DNA of 64,000 nt from Cercozoa sp. M6MM (taxonomy: Eukaryota > Protista > Endomyxa: Ascetosporea). A program made the position numbers and the translations under genes. The notes beneath the pieces were generated by a model. It saw nothing but the letters and a program-made list of their open reading frames with translations, did no database searches and was not told the origin of the DNA. The DNA is taken from NCBI GenBank assembly GCA_040357565.1, contig JBDODJ010000058.1. The stretch is one strand, 5' to 3'. This document shows positions 1 to 14,072 of this stretch, piece by piece; position 1 is the stretch's first letter, and every line of letters starts with the position of its first letter.

Positions 1-89
<89 letters not shown>
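1..89. repeat. (TC)n microsatellite
   Basis: Perfect TC dinucleotide run at the window start. Confidence 0.98.
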
Positions 90-91
<2 letters not shown>

Positions 92-289
92 CGCGCGCGC
101 TCGCTCGCTCTCTGTTACTCTGTGCTTGTTACTCTGTGCTCGTTACTCTGTGCTCTGTGCTGTATCTGTGTGTCATTTTGTTTCATTTGTTTTCACTTTG
201 TCATTGTGCGCAGTCCCTTTGCTTTCGCACCCTCGCAATGCTCCCCCAAACTCGCTTTTTGAACGCTTCTGCGCTGTGCTGCTGCGTCT

Positions 290-3272
290 CTGCCAAGGGT
301 AGTTTCTGTGATCTTCCTCACTTGTCATGTTGTAATGCCACACCTACTATGGGGAGGCAGCAAGCGGCAGTGCGATCTGTCGCGCGTGTGCCGTTTGTGG
401 CGACTCTTTTGCGATCGCGTCTCGCGACATTGGCGACAAAAACTGGTACCGCGAGTTTACAGTACACCAATGATATGTAGCAGGCCGAAGTCTCTGTGTA
501 CGCTTACACAGGAACTACCGTTTGTGGAGCTGCCCATGCCGCCGTCTCCGGTGCTGTACATACATGTCGATGTCCTATGTGGTGCATGTGCTTGTTGATG
601 AACAGGAGGCCGACTGGTCGCCACGACAGCGTGCCGAAAGAGCGCACCCCGACTTCCGCTGCTGCGAATTGCAACAGCTCGTACTCTTGCATGCTCTGTT
701 GTGTCTCGGTCTCTGTATTGTGTATGTATATGTTACCTTCTTAAACTGTGTGGACAGTTGCAAATGCAGCGTATCTGTACGGAGCGACTGCTGCAACAAA
801 GATTGTTTGACCCGCCTCAGTCGCCGTCGCATGAAGAAGCTCTTGGGTAAGCATACGTAGACCTGAAAGAATGGAGTCCTTGCGCGAGTGCACGGTGTGT
901 GCTGCAGAGTAAGACGAGTCCTGACGGGCATGCCAATGTGCAACAACCCGTCGCGAGACATTCGCGAGCCGTACACTCAGCCGCACGCGCCTTGCACGAG
1001 TGCGCAGCTGCAGCAACGCAACCGTTCGACGCATCCCACAGTACCGTACTTGTCCAGACCCCTGCCTACAGAGTGCTCACTCCTGTCACTCTATTGGGGT
1101 GCAGGAGAAAGAGGCACAGCTCGGCAGCGATGTTGCCGCCTTCAAAGCTGCGAATCCCGGCGCTGTGTTCGCCGATTTTGTGCGCTGGTGTACGTTTTGA
1201 ATGAGATACAGTGTGTTGCACCTGTGTGTACTATGTGTGTGTGTGCGTGCGTGCGTGTGTGTGTGTGTGTGTGTGTGTGTTCGTAGACTCTCCTAAGGAC
1301 TGGCACCCGGAGGAAGAAGTCGAAGTGCAGGACACTGACTTGCCCAAGCACTTGTGGCGATCCATTTGTCCGCGCGGAAGCTTGTCCGCGAGGATGGTAC
1401 CTGAGACCACTTCAGTTTCAACGACAGCGGACACAAGCGACACCGATGACGGCGCAGTTGAAGTGGATGATGACGATAATTTGTGGTATGTTCGTTTGTC
1501 TGACTTTAGGTGCTTCATTCTATGAGCGTGCAGGCACCGTGTCTGGAAAAGCACAGAACCGTGTCAGGTCGCCAAACAGGTGCACAGTCGGGCCAATATG
1601 CACTGTTGAGGACTGGCTCTCATGCGTGCGCTGTGCAGACCCCTCTCTTCGACGCGCAGCGCGAGGGCGAAAAAACGCTGCGAAAACTCGCCGATTTGAC
1701 ACCGTTGCAACTGTTCAATGTATCCCAGTGTCTGCGTCCGTGTCTGTGTATACGTGGTGTGTGTGTGTGTGTATGTGTGTCTGTGTCTGTGTGTCTGTGT
1801 ATGTGAGGGTATGTGCAAAGGAACTGGCACGCACCGTGCCAGTGGTGGCGATGCGTGCACTTGCATCGTCGCTCTCCGTGTTTCCCTTCCTACAGCACTG
1901 GTACAAACCATATTTCCCTAATGGGCATTCTTAGCACCTGTGTGTGTATGTATCATTGTGGTACGGCACAGCAAGTCGGTGCAAGCAGAGTTCGCGCACC
2001 TCCGCAATGCGTTGTCTGCATGCGTCATTCCCAACGAGTACGGCACTCCCATGCTCTGTGTTGAGATATATACATGCTCTTGTTGATAGTAGAAACGACG
2101 AGGAAGTGGTCGATTGCAATGCTGCACTGCGCGACCTGTGTCCGGTACCATTGTTTTTGTTTCAGTGTCACCAAGTATGTCGCCTCTGGTACAGGCTCTG
2201 CGCGAGGCCGAGTCCAACAGTGCCGATGCATTGTCACTGGCCGCTCTGTTGAAACAAAATGACAACGATATTAATGGAAACCAGCGCAGCAGTCACAGCA
2301 ACGGCGGCGACGGTGACCAGGATTATTTAATGCAAGCACTCGTGATCGACGGCCTTTTACGCGAGGTACATTTTTCGACCACACCCCACACGAAGAAGAA
2401 AACAGTTCCCGGACACGTTGCCTAGGGACGTGTGCGTATCACGGCGCAGCAGCGCTGTCTTGCGGTTCGATTGCTACGACTCGGACACACCAACGAACAC
2501 GGTGCCAATAAAATTATCAATTGAAGGGATGATGAACATACAAAATATTTAACTTGGTGGACCCAGAGGATAGCGCGCATTTCGATACGGCGAGCAATAC
2601 GTTCGACAGTGCCAGTAGCGACAGAGAGAGCGCAAACTGTCTTCCTGAGGTGCGCGGCTGCTTATTCCAGTGTCTTATGGATGTGTATGTGTGTGTGTGT
2701 GTGTTGGGTCTGTGTGTGTGTGTGTGTGTGTGTTGTGTGTGTGTGTGTTGTGTGTGTGTGTGTGTGTTGTGTGTGTGTGTGTGTGTTGTGTGTGTGTGTG
2801 TTGTGTGTGTGTGTGTTGTGTGTGTTGTGTGTGTGTGTGTTGCTATCGATATGCTGTATCTGTGCATCTGATTTCAGGCGCTGGCGAAACATTTTGTGGC
2901 AGTTGCGTTGACGCGCATGCGCCGTCGACCGCTTGACTGGATGCGTGCTGCACCTCAGGTCTCCTCCCGGTGTATCCTCATGTATGTGCACGTGTTGTGG
3001 ACTTTGCATACTGCAGCGTGTGTACATTCGCGCCGTGAGTCCAGTGGTATCGCGTCATCGGGCAGAGAACCACGTGCTACGACAGGGTGCCCTACGATGC
3101 TTGCCCACCTTCCGTGGCAATGCCAGCAGGTGTGGCATTTAACCTTTTGTGATTCTTTTCTTGCAGCGAACAAAAAGTACGCATGCGTTCTTGCAGCGAC
3201 GCCGAGGCCTTCCTGGCTGGCGACGCAGGCGACAATGTAGTCGCTGTTACCAGTAGCGTTTCCCTGTTCTAG
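290..3272 (+). CDS. RAB3GAP1: Rab3 GTPase-activating protein catalytic subunit, multi-exon; 5' part upstream of window, left coordinate approximate
   Basis: Spliced exons give LGSDVAAFKAANPGAVFADFVRW, SPKDW...RGSLSARM, NLW...W and PLFDAQREGEKTL. These match the RAB3GAP1 core (LLSDMESFKAANPG...DFVRWYSPRD...GELSARM...LFDDTREAEKVL). The last exon is inferred to end ...SSVSLF* at 3272. Confidence 0.88.
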
Positions 3273-3778
3273 CCTTCGCTCAGTTCTCGGTTGGGCACGC
3301 GGCTTGCAGCCCGCGGCCCTTGCGTTACGTTTGGCCTGCAGCTACTACCTGTATCCAACTACCCGTAGCCTACTGTACTACACAGATAATACGGGGCACT
3401 ACCCCCCCCCCCCCCCCCCTCGCCTGGAGGGGATTTTCGAAATTACTAGGATTTTGGAGGTTCAGCGCTTTAAAAGAGACACAGGCCCAGCCAAAACGTC
3501 CTAGGGAGTATAGGAGAACTACAAGCAACAGGGAGGGCATCTGCGCAGCATGCGCAGCAAGCAGCGCTGCGGCGACTGTCGCAAGAAGCGACCTGGGAGG
3601 AGGGCTTTATTCGCTTAATAAGCCACTGTGCGTTGAGAAAAGCCAAGTGAATCTAGAACTAGAAATAAAAAAAAATAATAGATAATGACTGCACCGATCG
3701 TTTTTGTAGAATACTATAAATTTTCGAGAAGTGGTCAGTCTGGGGTACGCGAGTACGCGAGCGCGCGGAGTGTACGGC

Positions 3779-3854
3779 GTAGACACAGCCATGCTCCTGT
3801 GACCCACCCCGGACTGGAGCTGCTTAGTTGGTTTCATATATGATTCAACTAACT
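3779..3854 (+). mobile_element. 3' end of a LINE/SINE-like retroelement (hairpin plus AACT tail), copy 1
   Basis: gccatgctcctgtgacccaccccggactgg...ttagttg...caactaact is homologous to 15363-15450 and 28012-28094. Confidence 0.75.
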
Positions 3855-3967
3855 GTACGGCGGAATCATGCGCACTCGCGGCCTGCGCCCGGCCGGCACG
3901 TCGGTCTTCCGCTCGCGTCGCGTCGGTGGCTCACGTCGGTCACACTTGGCTCGGTCACACTTACACG

Positions 3968-4620
3968 CTAGTCGCCGGCGAAGCTAACACTGAAACTCGA
4001 ACGGTCAGGCACCACGCGAATGCGCTTGGCTTCCTTCGTCAAGAATCATGCAAACAGTACGTATACATTCGTCCGCTACGTGTGTAGCCTAAAACGGGTG
4101 CAAGTACCTCAGTTTGAAACACGGCGTTGACGTTTGCAAAGTCAAAGGCATCTTCGCTCTCCTGCACATCGATTTGTAGAGTTTTTCAACCTCTTGTTGT
4201 GTCGGTCAAAATCGCGTACCGTAATCCGCTGGTAGGCCACGAGTAGGTTGTCAAACGAAGCGAACAGGAGCTGCACACGCAGTTCCAGCTGGTCGTCCGT
4301 CGTATCGGCATCCTCAACGGAGGTGACAAAAGTGTCTGACAGCGGATGCAACAGTGCCTGCCTCAACGCTTCATCTTGAGTTCCACCCTGTGATACACCA
4401 GAGATAAACTTAAGCATACAGTTCCACCCAAAGACACATCCGAGATAAACTTAAGCATATCTTACCACAACAAGCTCAGTGAGATTGACGTTCGTCACCC
4501 TGTAGTAAGTCAATATACATGAGTTTTCCATATACATCCAACAGACAGCTCCTGACCTACTTTAGTGCAGGCATCGTAAGACTCGATGCAGCTCGTAGTG
4601 CGTCCACCTACACACACACA

Positions 4621-4658
<38 letters not shown>

Positions 4659-6980
4659 CACACGCACACACTGATACGCAGATAGGGCAGCGACAGACAA
4701 CCTGTTTACCACCCCGGCAACAGCGAGATCGAGAAGAACAAGATCGTGGAGCAGCAAAACTCCATTGCTCTCGAATAGCGCCTGTTAACGCGCCCAGTGT
4801 GAATATGCAGAGTACAAATGCAGCCACGTACCTGCCCTGTGGCAGCGTCACGCACTCGCAGTGGTCCAAACCGCGCGTCCGCCAACGATAAACCTGCGAG
4901 CACACCAATTTATTGTATGTGAGTCGGAGGAAACTGAAACATACCACTCAGGGTGAGCTCGAAATCAACTCGAAAACGACGTTTGCTGTATGAAACAGTA
5001 TTTTATGCGCCACCAACAGATTAAATACACAGTTACCGAAAGATTGCGCAAGTGTCTAAGTCGGTCTCCAGTAGTCTGTGGAGTTGCAAGTGTAACAGCA
5101 TTCACAGAGAGAGTAAAGTAGTGCACATCCGTGCCTGAGCTGTTCAACGGCTCGGCGACCTTCGTCGTTTTGAGTCAGAAAGTCATTGAGAGTGCTCTGT
5201 TGTTGAGTATGCGTAAAATGCTGTCGAGGTTTCGGCATCAGGAGAATGATGTACCTGCTGCGTCTGAGTCAATTCTCGGTGGAGAATTCCAACGCCGCAA
5301 CATCCTACATCGGTATACTTGAGCCTCAACTGAAACCTACAGATTTACTCGCTAAAAAACTCTACCCAGAGGCGGGGCATTCGTGACAAACAGGCGATGG
5401 AGTGCTGTGCAGGACAGTTTCTGCAACAAATACAAAACAGACATTCAAAAACAAAACGAAACAAACAACTACTTCAAAAAACAAACACATGCCCTAGTAT
5501 TGGCGGCAGCGTTCACGAGAAACTCGTCGTTTGGGTTGTCTTCCTACTCTCATCATCAAACTTTGTGTGCTGTGTGTGTGTGTGGATATGTGTGTGTATG
5601 TATGTGTGTATGTGTGTNNNNNNNNNNGTGTGGATATGTGTGTGTATGTATGTGTGTATGTGTGTGTGTGCGCGCGCGCGCGTGTGTGTGTGTGTGGGTG
5701 TAAGTGGTACAAATTCCAGCGCACAGCGTATCAGTTCACGTAGCGGCAGAGCGAATTCGAGGAACTGGCCGCAGAAATCAAAGATGAGACCGCTAACGCC
5801 GGCCACACTCCGCAGTACCTAGTGGGTCCATTGCATCTTGTGAGGCGCGAACGACTATACAGAGCTTAAGCAGTTACCAAATCGGCAAATATGTCAGCGG
5901 ACAGCGTATTTTCACTCGATTCTGGGACTGCCGTTCCTGCAAAGAGTGCGCTTGCGTGTTTGTGCAGTTTCCAAAGGCTGGCAATATGATACCCTCCTCG
6001 CGAGCTGTATCGATGTTTAGCTGCGAGGGAACCGACGAACGCGCTCCTGGCAAGTTCACCGAGCCACTCGCAGTGCTTGTTGACTGTACACGTTAGCTAT
6101 TTTCATACGTTATACATGGCATCAGGTGAGAGATACCGACGCATGGAACTGACGCGCGCAGTCGAAGTTCTGCCGGACCAGACGCCTTGCAGCGCGTTCT
6201 GCCCTGCGAATATTGGAACGTACGCGTGCATGTGCACTTGTGTATGTGTAAAAATGTACCGGTGCAGGATTTCGGACCGCTCTTGCACCGACATCACGAG
6301 TGGTAATGCAGGAGTCACTTCTAACACTACTCGCAAACATATTCACGCATATCGGTTATGCATCAAGCACAGATAAGTACGTAACTTACCCGTGCTGTTG
6401 TTCTCATCAGTTTCGTTGACAAATCGCAAACTTGGGCGTGGGGTATGCCTCGATATCTCTGAACAGGTTAGTGTACTGACACGCAAACAACGAGCATAGG
6501 TTTAAGGAACCCGATTCAACAAAGGCGCTCACAAGAGCCTGCGCACGTGCTGCAAAGCATGCACCGTCGCCACACAACTGCACACAAAGAAAAGATAGGA
6601 CAATCTGCAGAAGGAAAAAGACTGAAGTTTACGGCAGAGTAGACACGCAGCATGTCGGCAACGCTCGTATCGACCCACCTATACCACAGTCGGATTGCGC
6701 ACAACAAAAACCTGCTGTTACGAAATTGCACCCAAGCGCATTCATGCGACGCCTTGCAACCGCATGCGCAAACTTGGACGCATCGCACGCCACTGTGCTT
6801 AGTCTGAACGCCCAGGATACTGCAAGCAACAGACCAACTCAAGTGCAGTACATGTGCCTGTACCTTTGGCGAGCACATCCGTACTGAAACAAAGTCTGCA
6901 GCAACGCCGCTTCAGTGCCACTCGAGGTCGTTGTTGGCAGTGTCTGCGAAGACACGCACACATACATACATACACACACA

Positions 6981-7050
<70 letters not shown>

Positions 7051-9140
7051 AAAGTAAAACTCGGCTCACATCATAAAGAAACAGATCGATGCACGTGCGT
7101 GCAGGCAGTGGCTGCGACAAAGACGACAGCGTCTTTGCAATTTTACACAAACACGCACTGTACGTCTCACATGCACGCCTTGCAGAGCGGAAACTTATAG
7201 ACACCTGTGCGGCACTGCTCGTGATGTGAGGCGAGACAGTCGCACACACCTAATGAAAATTAAAATCTTGTGCATTGAAAGATGTCTTGTCCATTGTATA
7301 CGGTGTACCTGAGCACCGATATCGAAAGCGGTGTCCACCGCCAAGTCGTCGAGTAACCTCACTAAAGTCATACAATCACAAGAAAAGACACTACAGTATT
7401 TGTACCGATATATAATACCCTCAGCATGCGTGTAGCAAAAGGAGGCGGTGCGACTGTTCCTCAGGCATGGAACTTCGTACAACATTGTCCGCCACCTAAA
7501 CACGGTCAATCTCATTGATACAGCCTTGTTATCTGCCTCGTGTCGGTCGGTACCTCTCAGGAAAAAGGTCGCAGCTTTCCACTGCTTTGAGTAACGGTTG
7601 CCGACATTCCGCGCAGAAGCTCTAAATCAAAGTATCAAAACATGCTCACCTCAACAAGATCTTTAAGGTTTAAACAAACTCACGGAGAGATCGTCATGTG
7701 AACACAGTGACAGCGACAGGCAAAGCTCGGACTCATCGGCTGCCACGGCATGGGTACGCTGAACGGAGCGAGTTACACATGGCCAGGCACGCACCAGTAC
7801 AGCGCGACACTCCTGGGTGATGTTGGAGCCGCCGCCAATCGCACGCAGCACGGCGACGTTGATTTCAGAAAGACGCCCGAAGGACGGTCTTCGCTCCAGC
7901 GAGCGGCGCGTTGACTGCGATCTCGCCCTCAGCGACGCTAGATACACCAGCAAAAAGGCGAGTAAAGCCACTAACCTCATTAAAAGTCATACCAACCTAT
8001 AGCTATTAATACAGGTACATTGGGCATACGCGTGGATGTCGAGCGATTCAAATACCAACTCCTCATTAAAAAATATCCAGCTGAAAAAGTTCACTCGAGT
8101 TGGATCAACGAGTCGTCGTTTTTCTGTGGACTATGAGCGTGCGCACACGCGTGTACTTACTCGTTAGTGTGCCAGAAACTCCTAAATTTGACCGTAGCGC
8201 GTATTGATTTGCAAGGCCAACTGCAGCTTGGTTGATCAGGCAGTAAGTTTACAGTACATAGAGTTCCCACTGTGTTGGAGTGCACACTCGTTGATGTCTG
8301 CGCCACCTTACCACTCCGTTGAGCACAATGAGGTACCTGCGGTAAATTTGTGTTTTTGTAATCCGAGATAATCCGAGATGTGTGGCGTTATGCTTCATTT
8401 CTTGTTGTCGCAGGTGGCTGCAGTCCCGCACCCCCTGGTATATCTCCTCGTGCGTACGGGAGTGTATGTCTTAACCCAAATATCGATAGGTGGGTGCTCG
8501 ACGCGCGCCGCTTCCGGAAGAATTGTTCCTCCGCACTTTCCGCTTCCTCGCTCTCGATGACCGCGCACGTGCGGTTTGTTTGCCTAGCATCAGTTTGTGT
8601 TTATTCGATGTATCATAATTGCAGGCACGTGTATGCCGACATTGGCATAGTATGATGCGACAATCTGACCTGTATCTTACGTGTTTGAGTTTGCATTGTG
8701 CGTATCCACGCCTTGTCTGCTTAGTTGGTTTTCGCTCGATCTGAGTCCAACCGCAAGTTTGCTAACCGATGGCATGCTTCGCAAGGTGCCCATTAGTTCC
8801 AAAAGAACTATTTTCAACAGTTGCAGCCATGTTCTGAGCAGGCGCTCCAGCAACGACAGTTTGTGATGCTGGAATCACTTTCCTTGGGTACTATGTCTGT
8901 GGTATTTCGTGTCGGTAGTATCGGCTTGCTTACAGAAATGTGCGCGCTGCTCACACCGAAGGCTCTTGATATTGTTGCCGAAGAACAGCCCAACTTGAAG
9001 GTATTTTCTACCCTAGATGTGTCTGCTTGCTGTATCTGTTTGTGGAGTTAGGTGCTGTTGCTCACGCACGCCTGCAGCACTGGCTACACGTCGCATTTGC
9101 CAGTGAACAAAATTGCTCGTTTCGTACGCTTGTTTTGCAT
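3968..9140 (-). CDS. Unidentified large multi-exon protein (possibly more than one gene)
   Basis: Series of GT-AG-bounded open exons, e.g. EDNPNDEFLVNAAANTR, FLEFALPLRELIRCALEF and LELRVQLLFASFDNLLVAYQRIT|ESEDAFDF...|EAKRIRVV...FAGD*. No family recognised; start uncertain. Confidence 0.5.
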
Positions 9141-9309
9141 GGCCTAAATCTCTTCGCGTTGACAAACCACGTCTTTTATTTTTTAGTGCCAAAGAATGAC
9201 GAACTTGCGCAAAATCGAGCTGTTGGTGTGTTAGTTTTGCGTTGATCGATTTATCCTTGCGTGTTGTGAATATCTCATCTCATCGCACAGGGCGCGATTG
9301 AAGATCCGA

Positions 9310-9539
9310 ATGGCCACGTAGCCCTTCAATTGGTGCTTTGTTTTTTGTAAGTTTCCTTATCGTTGCTTTTACATGTGTACACAGAGGGAGCTACTGCCGA
9401 ACATTGATTTCGGTTTTCTCTTTCGACGCGCGCTGTCCAAGGTTGATCTCTGAGCTCTGTGTTTAGTATCGCCGTGTTTTATTACTGATTTACAGACGAA
9501 CATGGTTCATCATCCGCGGATCCTGCCTCCTGTACCCTC

Positions 9540-9611
<72 letters not shown>

Positions 9612-12600
9612 GGTACGCATGTGCTGCAGGGTGCCCCTCCGGACCTCCTAGTGCACGACGCGCAGGCTGAGGAAAGGTATACTTTCGCTGCTCCGTGTCA
9701 CATTAATCTCTAGCTGTGCATTTGTTTCTGTAAGCAGCAGTACTAACTCGCAGCAACGGCTCTTGATTCCCAATGTCCAGAATCCAAGGTTGCCGTCAGC
9801 TTCGATGCAGCACATGGAACCCCAGGCACACCAACAATCAGGGCCACGCTTGGGCCTGCAACCGCCTTCGTCACTTATTGTACTAAGTTATCATGTGCAT
9901 TATGTGCGATGTGTATGCGTACGGCTGTATGCTATTCCAGAGTGATGAGTTTTCGGGCGAATTTGGCAGCGATCCGCTGACGCAACTACCCGTGGTTGCT
10001 TTAGGTAGCGTGATTTTCTTGAAATAAGAGTTCGACTTATGTGTTTGTGCTTATAATACAGTGGTGTTACCGGAGCACCGATTCAACCGGACCAGCGAAC
10101 ATGATTTAACAGCTGCTGCGTGCGCTTTTGCTGGTATTACCCGTGCTGCTTGAGTTTTTTCCTATCGAATGCTTGGCATACAGAGAACATGGACGCTGAT
10201 ATTGGCAATTGCGGTGGCGACGTGCATGGGCGGTACTCAGTGTTTGGGCATTTATGTGTATCTGTATCTGTCTGCTTGGTTGTGTATGGTACAGTTTGGT
10301 GTATGACTCCGTGTCTTGGCGAATTCCGGGAAAGTACCCTGCCATGGTAACTCTAAGTGTATGAGACGTATTAATGCTTAAAACGCGCGTACTTTCAGGT
10401 GCACTACGCGTGCCGACGGCACAGAAATCAAGTGTTCCGCGGCAACGACGTCTGGCACTGCCAGGTGTGTCAGTCAGCGTACCTGGCGAACAGTATGGCT
10501 ACCGAAGTGACGTGCTCACTTTGCAACGATCGGTATTATCAAGGCATAACCTGCACCCTGCATTTTAAAATACAGCTGTTTGGCCAATTCGTTTAGCGCT
10601 CAAATGACGGCCCAGCGGCGTTGGATTTCTCTAGACCTTGCCACAGAGGTCTGCTCTGTGTTTTCTCGTGCGCTAGGAGTACTGGTTTAACGAGTGCAGG
10701 AAGAAGTTCTCATCTCCCATCTCAGCTTTGGCAACATTCTGGAACGCACTGGTATTCTTGCGTTACACCAAAAACACTTTTGCACTTACAAGCATGTGCA
10801 GTGGTATTGTCAAACCGTCGCAATCTTCCGTCGTCGCTCGAAATCGTTGCGTCTGTACGTTGTACGCTCGACGTGAACCAAGAGGTAGGGCAGACTTTAC
10901 CAAGCGTTGTTTGCAATGCACTGTTTTCCTTCACGTCTGGGCGTAGTCGATGCAGTCGCCGCCGTCGTTTGCTCAGCAAGTGCAACAACAGGTACTTGAT
11001 CATTTGCTGCATGTATCTCTGTGGGTCATGTTAACAGCGAGAGGAACAGCAACAGCAAGTGGACGATCTTGACTTCCTTAACGCTCCTGATGATGGCCCG
11101 GGGGAAGAGGATGAAGAAAAAGAGGACGAACCGTTGTTAAACAACGTCGATCGTGGCGTGTCCTATCTTGCCTTCTGGCAGCACAATGAACCGCAAGTCA
11201 ACTTGCACGTTGAACAGGTACCTGCGAAGTTGTAGTTTTGGTAGTATGGAAACACACGTGTTTATTGTGATACAGATAAAGAGTGCACTGCTCGAAGCGC
11301 GTCGCCGCAACAATACAAGGGCGCTGCTGGTGTACCGTCCTGGTGACGAATGCGATCACATCGATGTCGTCGTGGATAGGTACATCTTACTGACTTCCCT
11401 GCCATCCAGACTTATACATGTGATGTGATCACAGAAGAAGTGCGATAAAGTCGCCTGTGCATGAGACGTCGCTACGATCTCTGTACTTTGTCCGTGAGTG
11501 CAGAAGGAGCGATGGATGTGCGCAAAATTGTTTCATGAGCAGGTACAGTGGGTGGAGTGCCTTCTGGCTGATTGCGTTGCCGATCTTGGCCATGTCGGTT
11601 GTGTTGCCGATGCTGGTTTGGTATGCACTCTGATGTGCGTGTGTGCATTCGTATTCCAACATGTGCGCTGTGTAGGATGTATCGTCCGCTGTCGGCTTTC
11701 GACTCTATCGACAACGGTATCAAAGGCCGCGTTCATCAAAGTGCGTATTTCCACTTAAATGTGTCATAGGAATGGGAGTTCCGGCGATTGTTGTGCAAAC
11801 AAGACAAGGTAATTCCGAACTTTGTGTGTTCAGGCCCATATGCTGTGCACAACATTCGCCACTTCAGATACACCGGCTTATTGGTTGCCGCTTGTTGTCA
11901 TCGCTGGGTACTTTGCCTCCACATGCTGTCTGAGTGGGATGAATTGTGTACGTCCTTGGTATTCGCGCAGTGTGCTGGCAATATTTGCCTTGGCGACTTG
12001 GATGGCTGCAAGGTACTTTGCACTTTTGTCTTTTGTTCAAATGTGTCTCTAGACAAGTGCACCATAGACACCGTGAGACGTGTGAACGAATTTTCCGCAA
12101 ATTCCTCGTACCGCTCGATGGACATATGAACGCATCAATATGAAACGCATCACTGTGTGTACGCACTGCGCAGGTGGTGGATTCGATGTTGATATTGAGT
12201 GTCGGCACCGGAATCATCCTGTTCACGCTGTGGTTAGTTTTGGGCGTTTCTACATTTCGAAGGGTGTGCGAGGATTTGCAACCGGTGCAGGTTCGCGTTG
12301 TCTGCTGGTCGACATCTTCCGATGGATGTCTTCGCTTTCGTTTTCGTGTGTTGGAATGTTGGTAGTTTCTCTTTTGCCTTGAATATCTCTCTTTCTGTTA
12401 CACCGTTGTTGCGACGCAGGTGGTCTGGGGGTGGCGGCGTTGTGGTTGCACGTACCTTCGGTGCTGCCAAAGATTTCTGTCGCTTTTCTCACTGCCATCA
12501 TGGTGCGGACTCTTTCTTGTTAGTAAGTGCGGGCTCTTTCTTGTTAGTAAGTGCGCTGCTTGCTTCGACTCGCGTGTTTGTGCAGGCTTTTGTGGTGACT

Positions 12601-13337
12601 GTTGTGCTGGGACCGTATGCTTTTGTGCTGACGACGCTTGTTGCTTTCCTTGATTTTGCTTGCTGGACCGCGGGTGTTGACTGGTATGCTCCACTGTCTG
12701 ACTGTGCTTCTGCTTTACAGATGGGTTTTTGACAGGTTGATGCCGTTCCTGTCGCAAAACATAATTCCAGAACATCTGACACCGCGCCTTTACTACCAGG
12801 TAGACTTTCTATGTGGATGTGTAAATGTATGGATTATTTCTTTAGGTGAGAGGAGTACGAGTGCGCATCTTCGACTTAATGCTGGTAAGCACTGTCATAT
12901 TTGCTTTCTTTTTGTCATCTGTTACGCTGCCACTCTGCTTAGGCATCGCTGTGCTTTGGAGCACTTCCACTCCTAATGTACGTTTCAGTGTTAGAGATAT
13001 TTAGCCGTGTATCTTTATTGCTGTCTTCCTGTAGCGACCGGTTCGTGTTGGCGTCTCTCTTGTTCACGACCGTGTTTGTTACAAGCGTATTTGCTGCGCC
13101 TTTGCTGCTCGCTGGCGCCTGCCGTCCGTAATATTTTTGTTTCTGTCATGTTTTTCTGCAAACGTTTTTGTTTAGGCTACCACTGTTTTGGCTCGCATTT
13201 TTGTTTATGGTGCTACTGATTGACGACAAGGCCGCCAGTGTGGTCCGACAGGTAAATTTCTGATTGGTGCATGATACCTTGAGACGGTATTGTTCTCGGT
13301 GTGACAGGCATCGCGTTGGGAGACACCTTTGATCTGA
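9310..13337 (+). CDS. Divergent presenilin-family (A22) membrane protein with a long N-terminal extension carrying a C4 zinc finger
   Basis: Spliced sequence LPMDVFAFVFVCWNV|GGLGVAALWLHVP...FLTAIM|AFVVTVVLGPYAFVLTTLVAFLDF...PEHLTPRLYYQ|VRGVRVRIFDLML|ASLCFG...CRP|LPLFWL is colinear with presenilin TM4-TM9 ([26 protein letters not shown]...SVYDL...FPALIYS...GVKLGLGDFIFYS...LPALP). Start codon tentative. Confidence 0.78.
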
Positions 13338-13554
13338 CGACGACATTCAGTCACTTGATTACGTTGGTGCTAATTCAAACCGTCGCGTTGCATTCACGTT
13401 CTGTTCTACGCTGCCTCCGCTCGAACGAAAAGCAAAAACCGAACATACGGTAGTCGAGTTAGGGTTCTGTGACGTAAGTTACAGCTTTTTGCCGCATTCT
13501 ATGTACTAATGCGAGGACACTTAGTTTAGAGCGCAATCACGGAAATCTTACGTA

Positions 13555-13710
13555 CATAAATTTACATACATACGATACTGACGTACATACATACATACTG
13601 ACGTACATACATACATACATACACACATACATACATACATACATACACATACATACATACATACATACACATACATACAGACATACATACATACAAACAG
13701 ACAGACATAT
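13555..13710. repeat. (TACA)n tetranucleotide microsatellite
   Basis: Imperfect atac/tacatac run. Confidence 0.95.
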
Positions 13711-13806
13711 CATGATGCGCGGTGCTCATAGACCCAGTGCTTTTCGGCTTTGCAATGCTGTGTTTATCTGCCGATTAAACTGAATATAGGATCCGTAGAC
13801 AGGGCT

Positions 13807-13905
13807 AGTCAGGGCACGAGAGTAGCGTTTTTTTAAAAGAAAGCAGCAGGAAGAAAGTCAGGGCACTAGAGTAGCGTTTTTTTTAAAGAACGCAGCAGAA
13901 CGAAA
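13807..13905. repeat. Tandem duplication of a ~49-bp unit
   Basis: agtcagggcac(g/t)agagtagcgttttttt...aaagaa.gcagcag occurs twice head to tail. Confidence 0.9.
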
Positions 13906-14072
13906 GAAGAAACGCTGTCAACATTTATCGAAGACGCTCCGACATCGTTGGTCAGAAACATTTGCAGGACAGCGTAGTTCACTATACGACCTGCAGACAC
14001 CAGAGAGCAACGGAGCTCCGAGTTTTGATATCTGACGAGCTGACTTCAACTCGACCAAGATTTGATTGAAAA

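Noticed and set aside
12523-12575. Short direct repeats in introns (also 4401-4459 and 62951-62990) as introner or TSD signatures
   Set aside because: Local slippage duplications, not positioned at both splice junctions and not shared between introns.
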